A stretch of 64,000 nucleotides of DNA from Obrimoposthia wandeli (lineage: Eukaryota): positions 868,001 to 932,000 of the forward strand of contig CDROCS010000506.1 in NCBI GenBank assembly GCA_977020255.1. Direction: 5' to 3'. The notes beneath the pieces were generated by a model that was not told where the DNA came from, ran no database searches, and saw only the letters and a list, made by a program, of their open reading frames with translations. Shown here piece after piece: positions 53,119 to 62,454 of the stretch. Both the position numbers and the translations under genes were made by a program. Every line of letters begins with the position of its first letter. The first letter of the stretch is position 1.

Positions 53119-53150
53119 CTACTCGACTAATTTTATCACTAACCAAATAA

Positions 53151-53166
53151 AGCAATTGTTATGCCA
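53151..53166 (-). promoter_or_regulatory. sigma54 promoter of fliE
   Basis: TGGCAT-AACAA-TTGCT. Confidence 0.85.
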
Positions 53167-53167
53167 A

Positions 53168-53201
53168 CAAAAAAGGCCGCAATTTCAACAAATTACGGCC
53201 T
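53168..53201 (-). terminator. flrC terminator
   Basis: AAGGCCG...CGGCCTT stem with T6 on the minus strand. Confidence 0.75.
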
Positions 53202-53222
53202 TACAATAAAACTCAATGTTAA

Positions 53223-54647
53223 TTAAGCGGGGATTTCAATTCCTTGCTCACGCATTTTTGCTAATTTATAACGTAACGTGCGTGGACTAATACCGAGTTT
53301 CTCTGATACGTCCTTACGCACGCCGTGACAACCAATCAAGGTTTCCAGAATAATTTGATATTCTTGCTGACGTAATTCATTACCTAAAGGTTCTGTTGGC
53401 ATAGCTACACTACGCGCTGGTATAGTGACACTGCGGGCAGGTATTTCCGTCTTAACCTGCAGTTGTGGTGCCACGCCATCATCCATGGAAAGGGTAAAAT
53501 CGGCAGCCGAAAAATCTTCTAAAATCAGATCTTCTGTCTTAACCTGCCCATCAACCGCTAAAATCATCGCGCGTTGAATGACATTGTCTAATTCACGGAC
53601 ATTACCAGGCCAGTGATAGATCTGTAATTTGGTTTTTGCGCATTCAAGTAATTCCAATGTCGGAATATTATTTTGCTTACAGTGCAGTTTCAATAGATGC
53701 TGGGCAATCGGTAAAATATCGCCTTTGCGCTCCGTCAATGGTAACCAAGCTAATGGAAATACATTTAAACGATAATATAAATCTTCTCTAAAATCACCGT
53801 TCGCTACCGCTTGCTTCATATTACGGTTACTGGTGGCAATAACGCGCACATTCAGTTTAATGGTTTTACGGCTACCGAGTCGTTCCACTTCACGTTCTTG
53901 TAATACCCGCAATAGTTTCACTTGCAGGGCTAAATTCATCTCGGATATTTCATCCAGCAAGATAGTACCGTTCTGCGCTTGTTCAAACTTACCAGGGCAC
54001 GCTTGGATAGCACCTGTAAATGCGCCTTTATCATAGCCGAACAACGTCGCTTCAAGCATATTATCAGGGATTGCCGCGCAGTTAATAGCCACATATGGAC
54101 CATCAAAACGCATCGAGTTATCATGAATATAACGCGATAATACTTCTTTACCTGTACCACTTGGACCTGTCACCATCACGGTAGCATCTGACTTTGCAAC
54201 TTTACGCGCCAAGTTTAGTAACTGCTCAGTTTTTACATCGCCATAACAAGGCGTACGTTTAACTACTTTTTGTGCTGGTACATAACGACCAACCTGATTA
54301 ATCAATACTTCAGGTGAAAACGGTTTACCGATGTAATCCACCGCACCATTACGCATAGCCGTGACAGCATCATCAACTTTGGCATACGCCGTCATCAACA
54401 ACACAGGTAAATCAGGATGCTTTTGTTTAATGTTGTGCAGTAATGTTAACCCGCTCATACCGCCCATTTGGACATCACTCACGACCATATCATAGGTTTT
54501 TTTAGCTAATGCAATCAGTGCGCTTTCGCCACTATCAACTTCATCACATTCGTAACCAGCCATTAATAAGGTATCAACCAAGGCTTCACGAAGACCTAAA
54601 TCATCTTCAACAACAAGAATTTGAGAATGGGACATACTATTATCCAC
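53223..54647 (-). CDS. flrC: sigma54-dependent response regulator FlrC (FleR)
   Basis: Receiver domain, GPSGTGKE, GAFTGA, C-terminal HTH. Confidence 0.93.
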   Translation of the reverse strand: MDNSMSHSQILVVEDDLGLREALVDTLLMAGYECDEVDSGESALIALAKKTYDMVVSDVQMGGMSGLTLLHNIKQKHPDLPVLLMTAYAKVDDAVTAMRNGAVDYIGKPFSPEVLINQVGRYVPAQKVVKRTPCYGDVKTEQLLNLARKVAKSDATVMVTGPSGTGKEVLSRYIHDNSMRFDGPYVAINCAAIPDNMLEATLFGYDKGAFTGAIQACPGKFEQAQNGTILLDEISEMNLALQVKLLRVLQEREVERLGSRKTIKLNVRVIATSNRNMKQAVANGDFREDLYYRLNVFPLAWLPLTERKGDILPIAQHLLKLHCKQNNIPTLELLECAKTKLQIYHWPGNVRELDNVIQRAMILAVDGQVKTEDLILEDFSAADFTLSMDDGVAPQLQVKTEIPARSVTIPARSVAMPTEPLGNELRQQEYQIILETLIGCHGVRKDVSEKLGISPRTLRYKLAKMREQGIEIPA

Positions 54648-55695
54648 CTATTACCATTGGTTGCGGTTCTGCTACACGATGTAGCGGTACGATTATACTA
54701 AAACTACTGCCTTCACCTTCAGTTGAGTCTAACTTCAGACTGCCATGGTGGGCTTTAACGACACTTTGCACGACAGCAAGGCCAAGACCTGTACCTTGTG
54801 ATTTAGTGGTAAAGAACGGTTCTAAAATTTGTGCTTGCATATGCTTGGCGATACCTGGGCCATCGTCTGTCACAATAATAGCCACATCGTCATCACCAGA
54901 ACGTACTGCTGATATAGCCAGACTTGCGCCTTGACCACAAGCATGCAATGCATTCTGTATTAAGTTACCAATCGCACTAGAAAGCGCGTTGCGATTAGCT
55001 AAAATCAATAAATCTGGTTCTGGCAGTGTCACTTGCATACAACTGTTAGTCTGCAACATCATCGCTTCACTCCCCGCTTGCACTTGGACTAATAGGTTTT
55101 GTAGCGAAATCTCTTCAACCACTAAATCATTACCTGTGCGTGCAAACAGCAGCATGTCATTCACTTGGTTTTCTAAATCATTAAGGCGTTGAATAAGTTT
55201 ACTTTGAAAACGCTGTCTTGAAGCCGGCGGTAAGTTCGGATTAGCCAGATTTGAGCCATATAATAACGCGGCCGATAATGGCGTACGAATTTGATGTGCT
55301 AGTGACGCGACCATACGTCCCAATGACGACAATTGCTTCATATGACTAACACGTTCTTGTAAATGACGGGTATAGGTTAAGTCCGTCAACATAATTAACT
55401 GTCCAGGCTGAGAACCTAGCGTGGTAATAGAAAGCTGCACTTTACAGCCATTCTTCAACGAAACCTCATGACCATCGTCTTCTTTCGGAGTAAAAGCACG
55501 TTGAATAACATCCATCCAGCGCGCTCCCATTAGCGGCTCACCGAGTAACTGAATAGCCACTTTATTGACTTCAATGACAATACCGTTGCCATCAAGAATG
55601 ACCAACCCAGACGGCAGTGCTTCTACTAACTTTTCGCTACGATCTTTGTGTGCTCGTAGTGCTGCTAATTCGCCGGGATAAGATTCTTGTACCAT
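54640..55695 (-). CDS. flrB: Sensor histidine kinase FlrB (FleS)
   Basis: PAS domain, LAHQIRTPL, FFTTKSQGTGLGL; no TM helix. Confidence 0.93.
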   Translation of the reverse strand: MVQESYPGELAALRAHKDRSEKLVEALPSGLVILDGNGIVIEVNKVAIQLLGEPLMGARWMDVIQRAFTPKEDDGHEVSLKNGCKVQLSITTLGSQPGQLIMLTDLTYTRHLQERVSHMKQLSSLGRMVASLAHQIRTPLSAALLYGSNLANPNLPPASRQRFQSKLIQRLNDLENQVNDMLLFARTGNDLVVEEISLQNLLVQVQAGSEAMMLQTNSCMQVTLPEPDLLILANRNALSSAIGNLIQNALHACGQGASLAISAVRSGDDDVAIIVTDDGPGIAKHMQAQILEPFFTTKSQGTGLGLAVVQSVVKAHHGSLKLDSTEGEGSSFSIIVPLHRVAEPQPMVIGG

Positions 55696-55734
55696 GGTAG
55701 TACTCCGCTAAAAAATTGACTCACGCATACATAA

Positions 55735-55750
55735 TGCATTTAGTGTGCCA
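55735..55750 (-). promoter_or_regulatory. sigma54 promoter of flrBC
   Basis: TGGCAC-ACTAA-ATGCA. Confidence 0.8.
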
Positions 55751-55805
55751 ATAAATTAAACTTCGTAATAGCTTGTTTTAAAATACAATATAATCATTAG
55801 AAACG

Positions 55806-55835
55806 AAAAAGCCCAACATGATGTTGAGCTTTTTG
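55806..55835 (-). terminator. flrA terminator
   Basis: AAAGCTCAACAT-C-ATGTTGGGCTTTTT on the minus strand. Confidence 0.7.
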
Positions 55836-55888
55836 TTTAGGTATTTGACTTAGACGTTCTACCTGAGTCTTTTATACAGGTTTATTAT

Positions 55889-57358
55889 TTAAGCTTCTTT
55901 TTGTAATCCATACTTACGCATTTTTTCAACCAAGGTTGTGCGGCGCATGCCCAGTTGGTCTGCAGCTCGTGCAACAACGTGTGCTTGTTGATCTAACGCT
56001 TGCTTGATCATATCAATTTCAAATTCAGCTAACATCTCTTTCAGGTTAACACCTGTTTCTGGCAAGCTGCTCGGCATCGAGAAAAAGCCATCTTCTTGTG
56101 GTTCTTCTTCTACGTTAGCAAAAATTTCATCACTGAACATCGCCGAGATAGCATCACGCTCGGCTAACTCACTGGGTATATCAGGGCTATGCACCTGACT
56201 TTCACCATCGTCATTATAACGATATTTAGCGGGTAACTCACCAATATCAACAATATTACCTGCCGTCATGATAAGCAGGCGTTCAATCAGGTTGGATAGC
56301 TCACGGACATTACCAGGCCATGAATGCTGCATTAACGATTCCATCGCCCGCTGGGTAAATAAGATCGTAGCATCATGCTCTGCTTCATGGCGACGTAATA
56401 ACTCTTGAATCAATAATGGAATATCATCAGGACGCTCACGCAGTGCAGGGCTTTCAATTGGAAATACATTTAAACGGTAAAATAGATCTTCACGGAATTC
56501 ACCGTCGGTGATCATTTTTTCTAAATTTCGGTGTGTTGCTGCAATAACCCGTACATCGGCTTTAATTGCTTTACTGCCACCCACGCGCTCAAAGACACGT
56601 TCTTGTAATACGCGTAATAATTTTACTTGCATTGGTTGTGGCATATCACCAATTTCATCAAGAAATAATGTGCCGCCACCCGCGAGTTCAAATCTGCCTT
56701 TACGGGCAGAAAATGCACCTGTAAATGCGCCTTTTTCATGACCAAATAATTCACTTTCTAACAATTCAGCAGGGATCGCGCCGCAATTGACCGGTACAAA
56801 TGGGCCATCGCTACGTGATGAGGCATCATGGATTGAACGGGCAATCACTTCTTTACCCGTGCCGGATTCACCCAATACTAATACGTTTGCGCCCTTGGTC
56901 GCTACTTGCGTGATCAAGTGACGGACACTCTGAATTGCATCACCACGACCAACCAATTGCTTAATCAACGCTTTTGATGCTGAAGGTGATTGACCGAGCT
57001 TACTCGACACACATTGACGATAAGATTGGCAACGTCCGAGTAACAGTGTCAGTTGTTGATAAGATAAAGGCAGTTCGATATGACCGATTAAGTTACCTTG
57101 ATCTGATGCTTTACCTTCTGTACCAAAGGTTAAAAATGGGTTCATTGGATTGGCATCAAGTAACGCAGATAAATCCTTTTCTGAGTAACAGTCTGAAGAA
57201 ACTATCACGCTGTTTGCCGCAAGATCGATCTTCGCACTAATGTCGAAATGAGAATCGTAACTCTGCCAGCCTTCGCCAAGAAAAGACAAGATTGTTTCTA
57301 AATTTTGTCTGCGTTCAATATTCTCATCAATTACAAAAACTGACTTAGTAGTATCCAT
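55889..57358 (-). CDS. flrA: Master flagellar regulator FlrA (FleQ)
   Basis: Degenerate receiver (FleQ domain), [17 protein letters not shown] ending [13 protein letters not shown]. Confidence 0.93.
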   Translation of the reverse strand: MDTTKSVFVIDENIERRQNLETILSFLGEGWQSYDSHFDISAKIDLAANSVIVSSDCYSEKDLSALLDANPMNPFLTFGTEGKASDQGNLIGHIELPLSYQQLTLLLGRCQSYRQCVSSKLGQSPSASKALIKQLVGRGDAIQSVRHLITQVATKGANVLVLGESGTGKEVIARSIHDASSRSDGPFVPVNCGAIPAELLESELFGHEKGAFTGAFSARKGRFELAGGGTLFLDEIGDMPQPMQVKLLRVLQERVFERVGGSKAIKADVRVIAATHRNLEKMITDGEFREDLFYRLNVFPIESPALRERPDDIPLLIQELLRRHEAEHDATILFTQRAMESLMQHSWPGNVRELSNLIERLLIMTAGNIVDIGELPAKYRYNDDGESQVHSPDIPSELAERDAISAMFSDEIFANVEEEPQEDGFFSMPSSLPETGVNLKEMLAEFEIDMIKQALDQQAHVVARAADQLGMRRTTLVEKMRKYGLQKEA

Positions 57359-57656
57359 ATTACAGCCTGTGCTAAACCTTACTTAAACTTAAAAGAGTTA
57401 ACCACTTTAACTATTAACGAGTTCATCGCTAATCGTCAAGGTGTGTCAAAAACTAACATCCGCCAATTAATTGACATGGGTATAGTACACATTCCTAAAT
57501 CAAGATGAAACAGTCACAAGAATTAATTATAAGGTGGGATAAAGATAGTCAGTGCTATATCACAATATCGACAGACTGAGCCGCAGATTATAACAAGCCA
57601 GTATTATAAGTAAGCGCATGAAACTTAACTGACCTCATGCGCTATCTAATTAGCCC

Positions 57657-58586
57657 TTAGCCTTCACCAAACTCCTCTTTCAGCTCAACGACTTGGTAAT
57701 GGCTGCCATTAAGCCCCCAAAATTCAGGTAATGTCGTTGCCACCGCTATCGATGACCAAGTACCGACAATCAAGCCAATAAACATCGCCGTAGAGAAACC
57801 ATCCAAAGGACCGCCTCCCAATAACCACAAAGCTGAAACCGTCATGAGTGTTGTACCAGATGTCACCATAGTACGTGATATCGTCGCCGCAATAGCTTCG
57901 TTGTTCGCATCCGCTATCGCTAATGTCGGTTTTAAAATAAGTAATTCACGGATACGATCACCAATGATAATCGAGTCATTTAATGAATAACCGATAATCG
58001 CCAGTATCGCCGCAAATACCGTCAAGTTAAACTCAAGTTGCAATGCCGCAAATACGCCAAGCACAAACAGCACATCATGCACCAAAGCAAATAGCGCACC
58101 CGACGCTAGACGCCATTCAAAACGATAACTTAAATACGCCATGATACATAACATCGACACGAGTAGTGCTAAGCCACCTTGATCCGCTAATTCAGCGCCA
58201 ACTTGAGAACCGACGATGCTGGTATTTAATACCTCAATATTCGATCCTAATGGTGCCAGTACGTCTCTCATATCGGCAATGCTCACACCAACGGCAGGCT
58301 CTGCATAACGTAATATCCAACGTCCTACTTCCCCGCCTTCAATCACACTGACATTTTGATCTAATGCCGATTGTAATAGTGGTGATATCTCACTCATGGT
58401 GATACTCGGATCAAGTTGTACTTCAGTGATCACACCGCCAGTAAAATCAAGTCCCCAGTTCAAGCCATTAATACTAATGAAGGCAATCGAAATTAGCATA
58501 AAAACAATTGAGATAGCGCTACTGAAATAACGTAATTTACTATATTTATTACTGTTTTTAATATTTGTCATGTTGATAGTCATCAT
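57657..58586 (-). CDS. secF: Protein translocase subunit SecF (second paralog, SecF2-like)
   Basis: GLDFTGG, IGYSLNDSIIIGDRIRE, ISRTMVTSGTT. Confidence 0.93.
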   Translation of the reverse strand: MMTINMTNIKNSNKYSKLRYFSSAISIVFMLISIAFISINGLNWGLDFTGGVITEVQLDPSITMSEISPLLQSALDQNVSVIEGGEVGRWILRYAEPAVGVSIADMRDVLAPLGSNIEVLNTSIVGSQVGAELADQGGLALLVSMLCIMAYLSYRFEWRLASGALFALVHDVLFVLGVFAALQLEFNLTVFAAILAIIGYSLNDSIIIGDRIRELLILKPTLAIADANNEAIAATISRTMVTSGTTLMTVSALWLLGGGPLDGFSTAMFIGLIVGTWSSIAVATTLPEFWGLNGSHYQVVELKEEFGEG

Positions 58587-58588
58587 AC

Positions 58589-60427
58589 TTATACCTTCAA
58601 GTCATGACGAGTATCACGACCCCATATTTTATTAATTAAAGCGCGTGATACGATGATCCCAGTAAACATACTGGTCAAAATACCTAAACCAAGTGTTAAC
58701 GCAAAACCTTGCACAGGTCCTTGGCCAATTGAATACAACACCACGGCAATAATTAACGTCGTAATGTTAGCGTCAACGATGGTACCAAAAGCACTGTCAA
58801 AACCACTGTTAATCGCTTGTGCAAAGCTACGACCTTCGCGTAACTTGTCTCGAATACGCTCAAACACCAGTACATTGGTATCCACAGCCATACCGACAGT
58901 CAGTACTAACCCGGCAATACCTGGTAACGTTAATACCGCACCAGGGATCAACGCTAATAAACCAAATAGCATGATGACATTAGCCAGCAAAGCAACGTTA
59001 GCCACCCAGCCTAATCGGCGATACCACAACGCCATAAATACCAACGTCATTCCTAAGCCAAGTGCCAATGCTGAAAAACCGTTCTGAATATTCTCGGCAC
59101 CCAGTGAAGGACCAATTGTTCTTTCTTCAACAATAGTGACAGGCGCAGTCAACGAGCCCGCGCGAAGTAATAGCGCTAATTCTTGCGCATCAGCCATGTT
59201 ACCCGCCCCAGTGATCCTGAACTGGCTACCAAGTTGTGCTTGGATAGTCGCAACACTAATCACGTTATTGGTTTTTTTAGTTGAACCATCGATATTACGG
59301 CTGTATTCACTGTAGAGCGTCGCCATTGGCTTACCAATATTGTGCTTGGTAAAGTCAGACATTTTCTTGCCGCCGGAATTATCTAAGGTGATATTGACTT
59401 GGGCTGCGCCCATTTCCCCGACACTAGCTCGCGCATCAATAATATGCTCGCCACCCAATATGGCGTCACGGGCAATACGTATTGGTGCACCATCATTATT
59501 GCTGACGACCATGCTGCCGCTGCTGATTGATTTAAGCTCATGAAACGCAAGACTGGCTGTCGCGCCAATCACATTTTTAGCGGTAGCCGGATCTTGTACT
59601 CCCGGTAATTCAATACGAATACGATGCTCACCTTGGCGCTGTACCATCGCCTCGGTAATACCTAACTCAGCAATACGACTGCGCATGGTTTGTAAGTTCT
59701 GCTGCACAGTAAGATTGACGATATCGGTTTTTTCAGCTTGCGGCATACTCACTTCAACGAACAATCCCGAGCTTTGCGTTACTTTCCATTGTGGATAGGT
59801 CGTTTCAATCTGTTTTAACAAGGCAACTTTAGCTTCATCTGTTGGTAAGTTCAGTTGCAGGCTATTTTCATCGTTGATATTGATCCTAACGCCACGCAGA
59901 CCCTGTTCACGAAAATCAAGGCGCAAATTATCCAATAACTGCTGTGCTCTGATATTGAATACCGGTTCCATATCAACATCTAGCAAGAACTGCACACCAC
60001 CACGAAGATCTAAGCCTAGCTTGATCGGCTTCAGCCCCATGTTTTGCAACCAAGATGGCGCAGCTGATACCAAGGCTAAAGTAATATCATCATCCGCAGG
60101 TAAAATGCTTTCAAGTATCGCCTTAGCACGGGTTTGAGTGCTAGCTTCTGCCAGTACAATAGTGGTTTTATCACCTTCTTGATCGATACGCGTCACCGCA
60201 ATATCGTTATTTTCAAGGGTTTGCTTTAGCGTATGGATAGCTGTTTTTTGTGCTTGTTGGTGATTAATTTGCAGCGCTGGATATTCGCCATATAAAGTCG
60301 GAATAGCACTGAGTAACATCACTAAAAGTGTGCAGATTAAGACAACATATTTCCAACCTGCATAATGGTTAAGTAACTTACGTTGTACTTTGGTATTTGA
60401 TTTTTTTGTCATGTGATAACTGTCCAT
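58589..60427 (-). CDS. secD: Protein translocase subunit SecD (second paralog, SecD2-like; no yajC upstream)
   Basis: LGLDLRGGVQFLL, RIRIELPG, EERTIGPSLG, GMAVDTNVLVFERI; start at ATG 60427 or TTG 60430 after GGAGAGAAGG. Confidence 0.94.
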   Translation of the reverse strand: MDSYHMTKKSNTKVQRKLLNHYAGWKYVVLICTLLVMLLSAIPTLYGEYPALQINHQQAQKTAIHTLKQTLENNDIAVTRIDQEGDKTTIVLAEASTQTRAKAILESILPADDDITLALVSAAPSWLQNMGLKPIKLGLDLRGGVQFLLDVDMEPVFNIRAQQLLDNLRLDFREQGLRGVRININDENSLQLNLPTDEAKVALLKQIETTYPQWKVTQSSGLFVEVSMPQAEKTDIVNLTVQQNLQTMRSRIAELGITEAMVQRQGEHRIRIELPGVQDPATAKNVIGATASLAFHELKSISSGSMVVSNNDGAPIRIARDAILGGEHIIDARASVGEMGAAQVNITLDNSGGKKMSDFTKHNIGKPMATLYSEYSRNIDGSTKKTNNVISVATIQAQLGSQFRITGAGNMADAQELALLLRAGSLTAPVTIVEERTIGPSLGAENIQNGFSALALGLGMTLVFMALWYRRLGWVANVALLANVIMLFGLLALIPGAVLTLPGIAGLVLTVGMAVDTNVLVFERIRDKLREGRSFAQAINSGFDSAFGTIVDANITTLIIAVVLYSIGQGPVQGFALTLGLGILTSMFTGIIVSRALINKIWGRDTRHDLKV

Positions 60428-60470
60428 CAATGCCTTCTCTCCATATCAAAATAGATATAGAGCTTTGATG
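60425..60470 (-). promoter_or_regulatory. mRNA hairpin sequestering the secD SD and start codon
   Basis: CAUCAA-AG-CUCUAUAUC-UAUUUU-GAUAUGGAG-AGAAGGCA-UUGAUG: 9-bp stem covering GGAG plus a 6-bp stem covering the AUG. Confidence 0.7.
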
Positions 60471-60642
60471 TATAACGATTTACATAAGATGGTTATATAA
60501 GGCGTTTATATACAATACAGGCATATTGGTGATTAACTTGCGTATAGATCCTGACAATAACGTAATATAACGCGTGTGTAGCAAGGATAAATAGGCAGAT
60601 AAAGGTAACAAAAATCAGTATGTTTAATACTTACATTTCTGT

Positions 60643-61155
60643 TTAAACAGATGTCATCACAGTGGGGTATTGGCGGTGAGAATATAATAAATTACAGTCT
60701 TTCCAACCTGATATACGTGATTTAGAAGAGGAAGTATGGGTTAACCAGTATTGCTCAAAATTAAAGTTTATCGCATAGCCGATCACAAAAGACGGTGATG
60801 GCGGAATCGATAATTCAATCTCGACTTGATAGTCTGGTTCAGGGTTATTTAGCAGTAAACGTCCGGCACTGCTGTAACGGGTCGTTTCCGTTAAAGCAAA
60901 TTCATAATTATGACGTGTTTTAGATGAAATTGGCGGTTGTTCTGACTCACCGCGATCTTGGCTAACGTTATTATCTTCATTCGCAGACACAAGCAGAGAT
61001 GCTGGTGAAAATGATGACTGCTCTATTATCGATTGTGTTGCCGATTGTGTTACTGATAGTGCTTTCGATACTTCGACCTGCGTACTAGCCTGAGCATTAA
61101 AGCCCACAACCATAATAAAAAGCAGAGTAAAGCATCGTACAAACCGAGCTAACAT
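60643..61155 (-). CDS. vemP: Secreted VemP-like translation-arrest (secretion monitor) peptide
   Basis: Signal peptide ending AQA; 170 aa; C-terminal RISGWKDCNLLY aligns with the Vibrio VemP arrest motif RIxGWKETNAMY; directly upstream of secD2F2. Confidence 0.8.
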   Translation of the reverse strand: MLARFVRCFTLLFIMVVGFNAQASTQVEVSKALSVTQSATQSIIEQSSFSPASLLVSANEDNNVSQDRGESEQPPISSKTRHNYEFALTETTRYSSAGRLLLNNPEPDYQVEIELSIPPSPSFVIGYAINFNFEQYWLTHTSSSKSRISGWKDCNLLYSHRQYPTVMTSV

Positions 61156-61242
61156 AGAACATAATCAATCATAAAAGATAATGGCATATCATATATCACT
61201 ATTGTTTAAACAGACAAGGATTATTTTAAACGTCAGAAAGCA

Positions 61243-61273
61243 AAAAAGGCTTACCGTTAGGTAAGCCTTTTTC
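61243..61273 (-). terminator. Terminator after the solo tRNA-Leu
   Basis: AAAAGGCTTACC-GTTA-GGTAAGCCTTTT. Confidence 0.85.
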
Positions 61274-61279
61274 TAAATT

Positions 61280-61365
61280 TGGTGCCCGAGGCCGGAATTG
61301 AACCGGCACGCCTATTAAGCGAGGGATTTTAAATCCCTTGTGTCTACCGATTTCACCACTCGGGC
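61280..61365 (-). tRNA. tRNA-Leu(UAA), solo copy
   Basis: GCCCGAGTGGTGAAATCGGTAGAC...TTTAAAA loop, long variable arm, encoded CCA. Confidence 0.95.
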
Positions 61366-61409
61366 TGAGTGATAAACTGTTAAGCTGCTGCCTAACCGGA
61401 TATGCGCTT

Positions 61410-61437
61410 ACTTTACCTGATTATGATATTGAGTCAA
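61410..61437 (-). promoter_or_regulatory. Stable-RNA-type promoter of the solo tRNA-Leu
   Basis: TTGACT-N16-TAAAGT followed by GCGC discriminator. Confidence 0.7.
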
Positions 61438-61867
61438 TATAAAATATTAAACATAAATCAAATGGTTGAAAATAAGCTCTATTTGTTCACTTATCATCTA
61501 GCCATCATTAGAAACAATCCTAATATCATAACCATCAAGGGAATTGGCTGAACGGTTTTAAACATCGCACTTATAATTACGTTACTCTATTACTGGTAGC
61601 TCATTGCGCAGGAATGCTCTTCAAAAAGTAACCATCGACAAACTCAAATTGACTATCAATTAACCCCATCGCAGATTTGAAATTAACATTTGTGACAATA
61701 TCACTTTCAACAGAATTGTAGAGTGGATAGCCTCATTCTATGTATAGCCTTGTTCATCCGCAGAATTAACAAAAGAATCCCTTTGGTAAGTATCCCACGT
61801 TGCTGAATGTATGAGGTAACCATTGAGTATGAGAGATTATATGGTTAACGTTCACTAAATTACAGGC

Positions 61868-61900
61868 ATAAAAAAACCAGCTATAAGCTGGTTTTTTTAT
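61868..61900 (-). terminator. Terminator of the tRNA array
   Basis: ATAAAAAAACCAGCT-ATA-AGCTGGTTTTTTTAT. Confidence 0.9.
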
Positions 61901-61907
61901 AAAATAT

Positions 61908-61993
61908 TGGTGCCCGAGGCCGGAATTGAACCGGCACGCCTATTAAGCGAGGGATTTTAAATCCCTTGTGTCTACCGATTTCACCACTCGGGC
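61908..61993 (-). tRNA. tRNA-Leu(UAA)
   Basis: Identical to the other Leu copies. Confidence 0.95.
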
Positions 61994-62063
61994 ACTGAAT
62001 TCTTTGTAAAGTTTATTCGTTCCAGTGCAGAACCAACAAACTTGCTCTTTCAAGCTTTAATCA

Positions 62064-62137
62064 TGGAGGCGGGTCCCGAAGTCGAATCGAGGTCCACGGA
62101 TTTGCAATCCGCTGCATAGCCACTCTGCCAACCCGCC
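62064..62137 (-). tRNA. tRNA-Cys(GCA)
   Basis: GGCGGGTTGGCAGAGTGGCTATGCAGCGGATTGCAAATCCG...; U73 discriminator; encoded CCA. Confidence 0.95.
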
Positions 62138-62224
62138 ATATACTGCGATGACAAATTAATTGTTAACACAGAGCGCTAATTTTACATCTTAGCCAGATAT
62201 ACTATTGCTAGTATTAGTAATAAT

Positions 62225-62310
62225 TGGTGCCCGAGGCCGGAATTGAACCGGCACGCCTATTAAGCGAGGGATTTTAAATCCCTTGTGTCTACCGATTTCA
62301 CCACTCGGGC
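62225..62310 (-). tRNA. tRNA-Leu(UAA)
   Basis: Identical copy. Confidence 0.95.
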
Positions 62311-62380
62311 ACTGAATTCTTTGTAAAGTTTACTCGTTCCAGTGCAGAACCAACAAACTTGCTCTTTCAAGCTTTAATCA

Positions 62381-62454
62381 TGGAGGCGGGTCCCGAAGTC
62401 GAATCGAGGTCCACGGATTTGCAATCCGCTGCATAGCCACTCTGCCAACCCGCC
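62381..62454 (-). tRNA. tRNA-Cys(GCA)
   Basis: Identical copy. Confidence 0.95.

Noticed and set aside
60490-60630. Hydrophobic 45-codon frame (VLNILIFVTFICLFIL...) in the vemP-secD spacer as a membrane peptide gene
   Set aside because: No start codon or SD, and T-rich strands give hydrophobic translations by chance; kept only as a hypothesis in the spacer finding
61280-61900. Prophage or integrative element at tRNA-Leu
   Set aside because: No integrase or phage genes, and the duplicate is a full tRNA with its own promoter rather than a partial att repeat
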